Positions 25,012-33,880 of a DNA stretch of 56,277 nucleotides are shown piece by piece (position 1 is the first letter of the stretch; every line of letters starts with the position of its first letter). This DNA comes from a virus. Taxonomy: Duplodnaviria > Caudoviricetes. Both the position numbers and the translations under genes were made by a program. The notes under the pieces are model-generated. The model was given only the letters and a program-made list of their open reading frames with translations. It did not search any database and was not told where the DNA came from. The stretch covers positions 1 to 56,277 of the IMG/VR virus record IMGVR_UViG_3300034683_000619; one strand, written 5' to 3'.

Positions 25012-27356
25012 GCTGCCGGATCGTGCTCGGCGCTGTGCGACTCGGAGCCGTGGACAGCAACACTGTAGCTCTTGGTTGCACCCTCGCTGCCGCTGTAGCC
25101 AATGCTTGCCCCCGCATGGACGGCCGATAGTAAAGAAGCTGCAACCTGCGCAGCAATCTGTGAGCGGGACTCGGCAATTCGCTCCTTGATGCTGGCCTCG
25201 GATGTGTATGCCTGGATCAGTGCCCCAGCCTCCGCTATCTGTGCTCGGAGATCCATGTCGGCATCGCTGATCTGTTGCTCCAACAACTTGATAGCGGAAT
25301 CATTGCGATCGGCAACGGCCCGCTCGGCGCCGACAAAGCCCTGGACCTCTGCGGAGAACACGTCAGTCAGGCTTTTATTGTAGGAGGTCGCGGCCTCGAT
25401 GCGGGTTTTTAAAGCGTCGTACTGCGCCTTGAAAACGTCGATAAGGCCCGTGTTGGTCGCCACGGCCGCACGAACGCTTTCTGATTTGGCTTGCACCTCG
25501 GCTTTTTTCCCTTCCCATACAGCCTGGAATGCCCGTATTTTCTCGGCGTACTCTTGCACGATAAGAGTCTGCAGCGCCTTGGCGCTCTCCATGGCCCGGT
25601 TGGATTCGCCGTCTCTGGTCTGCCGGATCAACTGTTCAAGGCCGATGGCCCCCTGAATAGCGGCCATGCGCTTCTCGAACACAATCTTGTCAGCGTCAAT
25701 GGTGAGCCTGCGGTCTTCCTGGTCCATCTGCCGGATGGCCTGGCCGATGCGGATATCGTCCTGGTCTGCCCGTCGCGCCTCCACAGCAACGCGGGCCTCG
25801 CCTTGCGAGAGCTCAACATCCCGCTGGGACAGCCTGCGGCCCTCGTATCCTATTTCCAGGTCACGCTGGTCAAGCTTGCGCTCTTCCTGGCTGATACGAA
25901 TAGCCTCCAGCCACAACTTATAATCCTCCTGGTTGATCTGGCGTCCGCCCTGCCCGATACGGATGTCGTCCTGATCTGCACGGCGAATATCGAGGAACAC
26001 GCGGGATGCTTCATTGGACAACTCAACATCCCGCTGCGCCAAGCGCCGGTTCTCCTGGGTGAGTTTGACATCTTCAAGTCCCAGTCGCCGATTCTCCTGA
26101 GCAAGTTTAACGTCTTCCTGATCAAGTTGGCGGGTTTCGCGGGTCAGCTTGTGATCCTCTTGATCAAGCTGGCGGTTGGTCTGGTTCACCCGGTGTGCTT
26201 CAAGGAACAGTTTGTGGTCTTCCTGGTCGGCCTGCCGGTCCGCCTGCCCAATACGGATGTCGTCCTGATTGATGCGGCGAATATCGTGAGCAATGCGGAT
26301 GTCATCCTGATTCATGCGCCGGTTTTCGAGGGAGATTTTTGTTGATGTCTCCACAATCATCGCCTCGATCTCCGCAGACTGCCGAGCCAGGCCGATGCCG
26401 AAATCAGCCAAGATCGATGCAGACACACCCGAAGGAAGCGCGTGCTGTAGATTTGCAATGGCTCCCACCATCCCGTTGTATTCGCTCAAATTCGCGGCCT
26501 GCTGCCGGTTGCGCGAACGGGTATAAATGGCAGACTCAATGTCACCCTGCGCTGTGGCGGTGTCGACCGGCGCGACGGCTGAGGTGTCGATGGATCCCGG
26601 TGCACTGGTCACCGTACCGGGTGCGGCGGTGCTGGTTGAGACAGGGGTAAGGTTGCCTGTCGTCACAGCAGGTGTGCTGGCCGTAGTCACCTGCTCCCCG
26701 CTCGTTTCAATCTCCGCTGATGTGTCAATCGACGTGTCAACCGAAGCGTCAAATGTCTGCGACAGATCAGGTGTTGTCGTGCTGGTGGAAACGAGGTCAC
26801 TTGTGGTGGCGACAGGGCTGATGGATGCCGCACCCGTCTCAACGCTGGCGCTTGACGTAGTGATGGTCCCGTAAGACGGCGGGTGTTGCAGTGCATCGAT
26901 GACCTGTGCTTTCAAAGCGTTGTAAACTTCACTTGGCAGGGACGCTTCCGCCCAGTTCATGGCAACGGAAATATCATCGGGCAGGTCTATGCCAGTGAAA
27001 TCAACGTCAACAGTTGGAACTGATACCAGCGTTGGCGCCGTGTAGGTCTCGTCAGGTGCGGACTGTAGCTCCCCCTTGTTGAAAGTGGGGACAGAGAGTC
27101 CAGATTCAGCAAGCGTCAGGGATGTGTCGATATCCTCAGCAGTGATGGTTGATGAAGGGGACGAACCTAGCGCATCATCCATTTCCCCGAGCAATCCGCC
27201 TGATCCGTCAGTCCCGATGAGCAGTTCGAGAACGTCGGTTGCCTTGTTAATTGTCTGATTGAACCGATCTGTGACGAGGTGGATCGGTGCATAGGGGCTA
27301 TCAATGCTAACTGGATCGCTGTTGATATAATCGCCTTGAAAACTGTATGTACGCAT
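25008..27356 (-). CDS. Coiled-coil virion protein with a Thr/Ser-rich region and 14-aa repeats
   Basis: TAATG overlap at 27354-27358; repeated RR..Q.D unit. Confidence 0.8.
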   Translation of the reverse strand: MRTYSFQGDYINSDPVSIDSPYAPIHLVTDRFNQTINKATDVLELLIGTDGSGGLLGEMDDALGSSPSSTITAEDIDTSLTLAESGLSVPTFNKGELQSAPDETYTAPTLVSVPTVDVDFTGIDLPDDISVAMNWAEASLPSEVYNALKAQVIDALQHPPSYGTITTSSASVETGAASISPVATTSDLVSTSTTTPDLSQTFDASVDTSIDTSAEIETSGEQVTTASTPAVTTGNLTPVSTSTAAPGTVTSAPGSIDTSAVAPVDTATAQGDIESAIYTRSRNRQQAANLSEYNGMVGAIANLQHALPSGVSASILADFGIGLARQSAEIEAMIVETSTKISLENRRMNQDDIRIAHDIRRINQDDIRIGQADRQADQEDHKLFLEAHRVNQTNRQLDQEDHKLTRETRQLDQEDVKLAQENRRLGLEDVKLTQENRRLAQRDVELSNEASRVFLDIRRADQDDIRIGQGGRQINQEDYKLWLEAIRISQEERKLDQRDLEIGYEGRRLSQRDVELSQGEARVAVEARRADQDDIRIGQAIRQMDQEDRRLTIDADKIVFEKRMAAIQGAIGLEQLIRQTRDGESNRAMESAKALQTLIVQEYAEKIRAFQAVWEGKKAEVQAKSESVRAAVATNTGLIDVFKAQYDALKTRIEAATSYNKSLTDVFSAEVQGFVGAERAVADRNDSAIKLLEQQISDADMDLRAQIAEAGALIQAYTSEASIKERIAESRSQIAAQVAASLLSAVHAGASIGYSGSEGATKSYSVAVHGSESHSAEHDPAA

Positions 27357-28624
27357 TATGCACACCTTTCATAATGGAAGGGGGATGGGGTAACGGAATC
27401 CATGGTTGGGATCACTCCGCTGCAGCCACGATCAAATGCGAGATTGTCGAGGGTTTCGTGGCTGTGTCTGGCGATACCATCCGCCGAGAATGTCGAGACC
27501 CGACAAGCAGCTTCGCAGTGCGCGGCGTTGTGTGCGGCGCCGTTGATCTTCAGGCGCTGAATAACCACTGTGGATCTTCCGAAATTGGTGGTGGTCCCGT
27601 TGCCAGTAACCAAGAGTTTTGGGGCGTCCACAACCCCGATGGTGTTGAAGGCTGATACCGCAACGCCCTGGGTCCGTAGACTGGCCATGGCTGTGGTAGC
27701 GGAGACGGGTGGCGATGGTCCATCGGCGTAGCCGTTGCACTGAAAAAGCGGCGCCACGGTGAACACAGAACCCCATTGCGACCGGACAGTTTCCCCGGTT
27801 GAAAGTAGTCGGATCCGGGTATCTCCAGAAACAAGTGCCGGGTTGTCTGCAGAGCCATTGCTGTGCGGGACCGGGATCGTTATTGATCCTTGCGCCAAAA
27901 GGCTAACATGTGCCAATCCAGAGCCCCGCGGTAACGGCAAACTGGCATCCCCGGCACACATGGGCGGGTTGGTTGCCTCACAGTGGACACGCAGAGCGGG
28001 CAATGTTGTCGCACAGGTGACTGCCGACGCGCTCCCGGAAAACCCGGACGCGGCAAAGAGTGGCAACGATACCGACATCCGCCCAAGCCGAAAAGGTGCG
28101 ATTTCGCCACTTGCCTTGAGTTTGATCAGCGTGTCACCGGAAACTAAGTTGACCGTTCCCCCTTCACCTTCACAGGACAAAAGCGGAACCGACGCGCCGC
28201 CATAGTTGCCGGTGACGGCGACTTCACCACTGACCGATAGAGTGGCAAGGGTTGTTTCTACGGTCGCCACATAGGGTGATTCCGCTTTACCGTCCACAGA
28301 CAGAGTGGCAAGGGTTGTTTCTACGGTCGCCACATAGGGTGATTCCGCTTTACCGTCCACAGACAGTTGTATCGTCGCCGCACCATATCCTAGGGTTTTG
28401 GTACGCGCTGACCCCAAACTTTTTGGTAATGGTAAAACAGTCTCGCCCGTGGTCTCGCCAGTGGCAACAGGTTCTCCAGAAGAGCCGTTCAGTGGTCCGG
28501 TGTTGAGCGCTCCAGAGTTGAGCGTTGGCGGTAAAAGCGCTTCTCCAGTGGTGTCGTCAACGGCAACGTCTCTCCCGGAAGAACTGTTCAGGGGCAGCGT
28601 ATTAAGGGGTCCGGTATTGATCAC
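27356..28624 (-). CDS. Repetitive structural/fibre-like protein (422 aa)
   Basis: INTGPLN repeats; ~21-aa periodicity; 63-bp duplication. Confidence 0.75.
   Translation of the reverse strand: MINTGPLNTLPLNSSSGRDVAVDDTTGEALLPPTLNSGALNTGPLNGSSGEPVATGETTGETVLPLPKSLGSARTKTLGYGAATIQLSVDGKAESPYVATVETTLATLSVDGKAESPYVATVETTLATLSVSGEVAVTGNYGGASVPLLSCEGEGGTVNLVSGDTLIKLKASGEIAPFRLGRMSVSLPLFAASGFSGSASAVTCATTLPALRVHCEATNPPMCAGDASLPLPRGSGLAHVSLLAQGSITIPVPHSNGSADNPALVSGDTRIRLLSTGETVRSQWGSVFTVAPLFQCNGYADGPSPPVSATTAMASLRTQGVAVSAFNTIGVVDAPKLLVTGNGTTTNFGRSTVVIQRLKINGAAHNAAHCEAACRVSTFSADGIARHSHETLDNLAFDRGCSGVIPTMDSVTPSPFHYERCA
28239..28366. repeat. 63-bp tandem duplication (21 aa, LSVDGKAESPYVATVETTLAT)
   Basis: agagtggcaagggttgtttctacgg... 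at 28239 and 28302. Confidence 0.95.
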
Positions 28625-28642
28625 TGGCCTTTACCTGGTCGG

Positions 28643-28674
28643 GTTTCAATACTCACCCACGTGTGACAGGGGAC
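28643..28674 (-). CRISPR. Solitary degenerate type I-C-like repeat (no array, no cas genes)
   Basis: 32-nt GTCCCCTGTCACACGTGGGTGAGTATTGAAAC in an intergenic gap; GTC start and ATTGAAAC end. Confidence 0.5.
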
Positions 28675-28714
28675 GTCAAACCTATTATCATGCACAGATG
28701 GCCAATCCTTGGTA

Positions 28715-29410
28715 TCAACCGGGAACCTGCCCAGCACCAAATCCAATTCCAGCAACCATGCAGTACCAATTCGCCCCACCGTTAATTGTCAGAAGCTTGA
28801 TAATGTCAACATTTCCAGCTTGAGACGACAGGGTTGGTGCGGTATTGCCTGGCCAGGCCACCGATGCAGGCCAAATGATAGTTCGCCCACCTGTTGGATC
28901 TTGCTTGAAAATCAATGTGCAGGTGCAAGCAATCGTGCCACTGGGCACGCCCGTAAAAGTCACATTTGTAATGTCCTCTGTCAGCAAGACGTAGTGAACA
29001 TTGGCTCTATAAAAGTCGAACTCAACGGAACCGCTTACAATGTTTGCGCTTCTCCTTGATTCACAGTATGAGCACAGCTCGTGACCGACCATTACTTGCC
29101 CGCCACCCTCAACCTGTACAAAACTTTCCAGCACCTCTGCCGAACACGTCAGCGCAACAGGAGTCCCCGCGTCCCAGGCTGCTGAGTATGGCGCGTCATC
29201 ATAATTCTCCAGCGTGTCACCTATCCGGTTGTGAATCTTCACCACCTCATTGTTCTCGTCGGTCCCGAGGCGAATATAAAAGTATTCTTCATCACCGTTA
29301 ATCTCGGGAAACAAATCACCGGTGCCTGTTGCCAGAGTGAACACTTGGGCTCCAATGTCCACGCTGGCGGCCAAAGTAGAAATCGCGTTATTGCTGAATT
29401 TTTGCAGCAT
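28715..29410 (-). CDS. Tail fibre-type protein (231 aa)
   Basis: NNA.STLAA N-terminus; C-terminal LIFKQDPTGGRTIIWPASVAWPG..PTLS..D..GG.NWY module typical of fibres. Confidence 0.8.
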   Translation of the reverse strand: MLQKFSNNAISTLAASVDIGAQVFTLATGTGDLFPEINGDEEYFYIRLGTDENNEVVKIHNRIGDTLENYDDAPYSAAWDAGTPVALTCSAEVLESFVQVEGGGQVMVGHELCSYCESRRSANIVSGSVEFDFYRANVHYVLLTEDITNVTFTGVPSGTIACTCTLIFKQDPTGGRTIIWPASVAWPGNTAPTLSSQAGNVDIIKLLTINGGANWYCMVAGIGFGAGQVPG

Positions 29411-29413
29411 GGC

Positions 29414-29890
29414 TCACACAAGCGGTACGGTAAGGGTGAAAGAGGAAATCGTGGTTTCAACATCCTGGACGATGACCGGGTTTGTCATGCGCAACTCGAA
29501 GCTGGTCGACGTGCCGATTGCCCCGTCATACCGCTTGGCTGTGGTGCTGGCGCCGGTGGTGTAGTCGTTGGCATAGACCCTGAACCATGTGGCGGTAACG
29601 CCGCTTGCGCCAGCAGCAGCGGTCCCCACACCTTTCCACACATCCCCAGACGGCTTGCTCAAAACCCCGCCAACAGCCGTGTCAAAATTGAGACCATTCG
29701 TCGCCACCCCGCCTGTAAAGGCTCCACCGTCCTTGGTGATCAGGCAGAGCAGGTTGGCACTGCCTTCGGAGTCGTACGCTGTTGCCGGTTGCATGCCGTC
29801 ATAGATGCCGATGACAAAGTTGGGTAAAATGCTGGTGCGGATATTCTCGGCAACTGATTGGACAAAGCCGGTTGAAAATTTTTCAGCCAT
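29414..29890 (-). CDS. Virion structural protein (158 aa)
   Basis: IYDG.QPATA..A.WFR..DG.IG pattern; GAGGT RBS. Confidence 0.8.
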   Translation of the reverse strand: MAEKFSTGFVQSVAENIRTSILPNFVIGIYDGMQPATAYDSEGSANLLCLITKDGGAFTGGVATNGLNFDTAVGGVLSKPSGDVWKGVGTAAAGASGVTATWFRVYANDYTTGASTTAKRYDGAIGTSTSFELRMTNPVIVQDVETTISSFTLTVPLV

Positions 29891-29902
29891 AGTGATACCT
29901 CT

Positions 29903-30850
29903 CTATACTGCCGTGTGAATCACGGTATAATCTCTAATTAAACAAGCGCCCGAACTGTAACCGCTCGGATACTTGACCTTTGCTTTGGTGAGATTGAACA
30001 CCTGCCCGTCATCGGTCCCGATGCAAATCCCTTGTGTACTCGCCCATACCCTGCCGAAACCCGGCAGGTCGAAGCCGATTTCGCCCAACTTGACGCGATC
30101 ATGGGCAAGTGACCACTCAAGAACCGGAGCCGAATCGACCAACTCCTGCCGGTATTGATACCAATCACCGGCCTTGCGGAAGAACCATGTTCGCCGTCCA
30201 TCGGAAGCGAAGAACCCGCCCTGAACAGGGGCCAGCACCGTAACGCGGCCCTCAAAGTTGGCAACGTTGCCCCGGCCCGGATGAAACAGCCCATACTGAA
30301 ACGGCGCATGGTTTGCAAAAATCGAGTTACCCACGGCCAAAAGCACCTGACCGCCAGCCATGAATGCAATGTGTGATGCTGCTGGAATGGCGGTAGCAAA
30401 CTGCATGTCCGCATCCGGTCCATGGTACTCCTGCACCGGCCACGCGACCGACACCCCATCACGGATAAACCCGGTTTGTACACCGTTGCTGTAGAAGGTG
30501 TCTGTGCCCGATTGCGCCCAGGCCATGCGCCGGCCCTGCGACAACCCGGACCTGATCACACTGGTTGAAAGATCACTGTTGACGCGAACGATAGACGCAT
30601 CAGAGGCGCCCTCCTGCACGGCAAAGCATTCGCCGCCATCCACGGAAAACAGCGAATGAAATGAACCCGCTGTTACCAGTGTAGCCCCTTGCCGCAGGGT
30701 GACAAGGCCGCGTTCATCGATGGATACATTGACAGCCTGCGCCATCTCGATGATGCCGGGGTTGTCACGGCTTCCCTGCGAGAGTCTTTGTGGATCCAGG
30801 ACCGTATTAAGCCCGGCAGATCCGTTGTAGAGGGTGACGGGGTTTACCAT
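29903..30850 (-). CDS. Putative tail/DNA-stabilisation (beta-propeller-like) protein
   Basis: GLN...A.NV.ID..G...RQG N-terminal pattern; follows the adaptor gene. Confidence 0.7.
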   Translation of the reverse strand: MVNPVTLYNGSAGLNTVLDPQRLSQGSRDNPGIIEMAQAVNVSIDERGLVTLRQGATLVTAGSFHSLFSVDGGECFAVQEGASDASIVRVNSDLSTSVIRSGLSQGRRMAWAQSGTDTFYSNGVQTGFIRDGVSVAWPVQEYHGPDADMQFATAIPAASHIAFMAGGQVLLAVGNSIFANHAPFQYGLFHPGRGNVANFEGRVTVLAPVQGGFFASDGRRTWFFRKAGDWYQYRQELVDSAPVLEWSLAHDRVKLGEIGFDLPGFGRVWASTQGICIGTDDGQVFNLTKAKVKYPSGYSSGACLIRDYTVIHTAV

Positions 30851-30852
30851 GA

Positions 30853-31494
30853 TTACCACCGCTCCATTCTGGCTATAGGTGGAGGAGGCAAGGAAACACC
30901 CTCGTTGAGGGACAACCACAACTCATCACGCAACCCCGAATACAGCGCCATGTAATAATTGGTATCCACCTTTGTCCCTTCCATGCCTTGCTCGATCATT
31001 GCGAAACATCCCCAGCAGGCATAGTGGACAAAGATATCGTCAAACCCGTCCGGCAAGAGGTCGACCTGTGCTGACAAAGTGATGACCGTCGGCTTGCGTT
31101 GGAATCGCACCGTCAGTGTGGTGTCCGTTGTCGGCGTTGGGGCGTAGACCAGCGACCGCCCTTCCGGTGCCACACCACGAATGTTGACACCTGTGCGCCC
31201 CCAAGGTTCTCCATGATCAACGAGCAACTGTGCCCGGCTGTTATACACCTGAATGGGGTAGCCGGCCGCATTACGGCAATGATACAGGTTGCGTTGATAG
31301 GTCACTGGCAGCGAGACAGAGGATGCCGATGCCAATGCAACAACGTCGGCCTCAGTGTCCAGGGAAGGCAGCACCAGCCTGCGGGAAAGCGCACCAGCGC
31401 ATTCGTTCAGCTTGGTGATTACAAAATCCTCGTCAAAACTTGGGTCCTGGACGATATCCAAGACCTGCTCGGCAATCTCGCTACCGGTGGCCAT
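30853..31494 (-). CDS. Head-tail adaptor protein
   Basis: LP..Y, L...PTP, LP..F....V.YA pattern of podovirus adaptors; start MATGS. Confidence 0.75.
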   Translation of the reverse strand: MATGSEIAEQVLDIVQDPSFDEDFVITKLNECAGALSRRLVLPSLDTEADVVALASASSVSLPVTYQRNLYHCRNAAGYPIQVYNSRAQLLVDHGEPWGRTGVNIRGVAPEGRSLVYAPTPTTDTTLTVRFQRKPTVITLSAQVDLLPDGFDDIFVHYACWGCFAMIEQGMEGTKVDTNYYMALYSGLRDELWLSLNEGVSLPPPPIARMERW

Positions 31495-31501
31495 ATCGCA
31501 A

Positions 31502-31930
31502 TCACTCCCCTTCTGTGGGTGCTGACGAATTGGTAATGGCGAACCACGCCTCTTCCATTTCTTCCTTGGAGACGCGGAATCCGCACAAGGATCCAAGGAC
31601 CCGTAGATTCGGCAAACCTGCCTCGGTAAAATAGCCGTCCTCGGTGGAATCCATCATCTCGTTGATTTTGGCGATGATGATGGGGGATCGATCGGCCCCG
31701 TCCGGAGTCCCTCCACCATTCAAGGAGATGGCCGCCGAAGCTTTTTTGGCATCGGCCTCCAAGTCGGCACGGATGGAATTGTAAAGCTCCTCGGAGACAC
31801 ACCCTTTGGCGAACGCCTCGCTTTCCATGTGCTTAGGGACTTCGGTAAACTCGTCGCCGACCAGGACGATATGACCGCTGGTAGAGGCAAGACGAATGAC
31901 TTCGCCCTTTGTTCGTGCAATAAATTTCAT
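31502..31930 (-). CDS. Hypothetical phage protein (142 aa)
   Basis: Clear ORF; C-terminal FTEAGLP..L..GF.VS.EE...AW helical motif. Confidence 0.75.
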   Translation of the reverse strand: MKFIARTKGEVIRLASTSGHIVLVGDEFTEVPKHMESEAFAKGCVSEELYNSIRADLEADAKKASAAISLNGGGTPDGADRSPIIIAKINEMMDSTEDGYFTEAGLPNLRVLGSLCGFRVSKEEMEEAWFAITNSSAPTEGE

Positions 31931-31951
31931 TTCAAAACCCCTTGTTATGAT

Positions 31952-31973
31952 TACCCGGGGTTATCCCCGGGTA
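31952..31973. terminator. Stem-loop after the decoration gene
   Basis: TACCCGGGG-ttat-CCCCGGGTA; only a weak U-tract. Confidence 0.45.
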
Positions 31974-32004
31974 TAGTGACGGGTGGCAGGGTTAATTCTG
32001 CTGC

Positions 32005-32406
32005 TTATGACTCTGTGGTCGAACTGCGGCCGGAAACGATGTACTCAATGACAACCACGCCTTCCAACGCCGTGGAATTGGCAGCCGATGGTGTAATGCC
32101 AATGACCTTTCCATCACCAGGGCACCCATAATTACTCAGCGCGGCGGTGATAGCTGTTTTTCCCACAGCCGCGACCGATGTGGCGGCAAGCAACCCAGCG
32201 GGTGCAGCTGCGGTGCCAAGAGACAAGGTGAGGGCTGCGCCGGATGGCGTCTTTACTCCCAGGTAGCCCTGGACGATAGCCGCGCCGGCTGGAAGTTTGA
32301 TGCAGGGGGCAAAGGTCCCGGCTGCGAGATCGGCAAAGGTAAACTCTGCCATGGCGAACAGTGAACTCTGTCGCCCTTCGGATCGGATTTGCAATGAAGC
32401 TGGCAT
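32005..32406 (-). CDS. Putative capsid decoration/cement protein
   Basis: LPAGAAIV motif; Ala/Gly/Thr-rich; follows the capsid gene; AGGAG RBS. Confidence 0.7.
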   Translation of the reverse strand: MPASLQIRSEGRQSSLFAMAEFTFADLAAGTFAPCIKLPAGAAIVQGYLGVKTPSGAALTLSLGTAAAPAGLLAATSVAAVGKTAITAALSNYGCPGDGKVIGITPSAANSTALEGVVVIEYIVSGRSSTTES

Positions 32407-32490
32407 GGTGCACTCCTATAATAATGTGGCGGGGTGAGGTTCGAACCAGGGCGCCGGGCGCTCAATCCCGGCGCCATTACTGGTCACTGA

Positions 32491-33585
32491 TTACATGGGC
32501 AGGTGGTGATCAACGGCGATAACGCCGAAATCCTGCTCGGATCCGTCGTAGATGCTGTGGAATTTTGGCTTCAGGAAACCAAACATCTTGTCGACATTGA
32601 TGCCGGTCTGGCTGCCGTATTGAAAGGTTTTCTCGTCCCATTCCGGCTGCCCAAGATCAGCCATGCCGAGAGCCTGGGCTCCACAGAACAGGGAGCGAGT
32701 ACCTTCAATGGCGTTGCCAGCGCCCCACTTGGTGCTTGTCCCAGTCGTTGAGTAGACCAGGTTGTGTTCATGGATAACCACGCCATCGAGGGTGACGGTT
32801 GCTCCGGTGAAGAAGGGGTTATCTTTCCCGGAGGGCGCAGCATTGATAACCGCGTTCTTGTAGTCAGCATCGTTCTTCAAGGCAGCCAGGGTCCCGGGTT
32901 TCACCAGGAGGACGTAGTATTCCTTGCCCCCGCTCATCAGGGGTTTGATGTAGTGATCCTTGGCATAGGCAACCAAGGCGGTAATCATCTTGTAGCTGGG
33001 CAGATACGAGGTGGTGATGTTGCCGGTTGAACTGACGGCCAAGGATGAACCGTTCCACATCAGCGACCGCTTACTCGATGGAGCCGACACATTGCTGGCG
33101 AATGCCAGAGAACTGAAGGCGGTGGACGCCCTGAGAGCGCCGTTGCACATATAGTTGTAGCCAATGCCAGAAAGGGTGAGGAATGCGAGCTGGTCAAGCC
33201 GATTGGCGAGCCAATAAGAGAGTTTGTCCTTGGCGTGCTCACGAAATTTGATGACCGTCTTTTGTTCGGACATCTTACCCTTGTTCTTGACGCCGTGAGA
33301 GATGAGGTCGATAGAGATGATTTGTTCGTAGGACTGCATGTCCTCTTCCATCCCTTCGCGCTCGTTATCACCAACGACGCCATCACCGACCAGGTCGGCA
33401 ACAAGGAACATGATGCACTGCTCACCTTTTTCAGTTTTTGTGAGCTCGGTAATGCGCTGGATCATCGACCCCTCACCGGAGCCGACGAACTTCTTGATAA
33501 ACATCTTGTCGCGAGCTGCTTCCCAGACGTCACGCGACCAGACGAGTTTCTGCTTGGTGGTAAGACCGGCAAAATTTGTAACCAT
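32491..33585 (-). CDS. Major capsid protein, N4-gp56/DUF4043-like
   Basis: WSRDVW..IQRITELTK..GDGVVGD..EG.EE..LFCGAQALG..FG..KP.F..DFGVI; GGAG RBS; start at 33585. Confidence 0.9.
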   Translation of the reverse strand: MVTNFAGLTTKQKLVWSRDVWEAARDKMFIKKFVGSGEGSMIQRITELTKTEKGEQCIMFLVADLVGDGVVGDNEREGMEEDMQSYEQIISIDLISHGVKNKGKMSEQKTVIKFREHAKDKLSYWLANRLDQLAFLTLSGIGYNYMCNGALRASTAFSSLAFASNVSAPSSKRSLMWNGSSLAVSSTGNITTSYLPSYKMITALVAYAKDHYIKPLMSGGKEYYVLLVKPGTLAALKNDADYKNAVINAAPSGKDNPFFTGATVTLDGVVIHEHNLVYSTTGTSTKWGAGNAIEGTRSLFCGAQALGMADLGQPEWDEKTFQYGSQTGINVDKMFGFLKPKFHSIYDGSEQDFGVIAVDHHLPM

Positions 33586-33880
33586 GGTATCTCTCCATTC
33601 TTGAAGGAAAAGGTGGACCTTCCAGGAGTGCTGGACGGGCCGGCTGTTTCTGTCTTTTCCTTGGAATGTCGCTCCCAAGCGGCGGAACGGGTGCTTACGG
33701 CACCGAGACGACCCTGGCTATCGTGCAGGGCGAACAGGTTTTCGCCTTTGTGATGGGGGGCTGTTCCCATCCCCTTCTCTTGGTGCTTCCGGAAATCAAT
33801 GTCCGGAAAAACATAAACGCGGGACAAGGGCGAAGGAGGATAAACCCCCGTCCCGCGCAGGGCCGTAGCCCTGTTTCATT
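33586..33880 (-). promoter_or_regulatory. Structured capsid mRNA leader (multiple hairpins)
   Basis: ~295-nt non-coding gap with at least six inverted repeats. Confidence 0.55.

Noticed and set aside
25690-26330. 42-nt periodicity as a CRISPR-like array
   Set aside because: In-frame protein repeats with codon-level divergence; no repeat-spacer structure.
32425-32450. GGTTCGAACC...CCA, tRNA-like T-loop
   Set aside because: The T-stem does not pair and no cloverleaf can be built.
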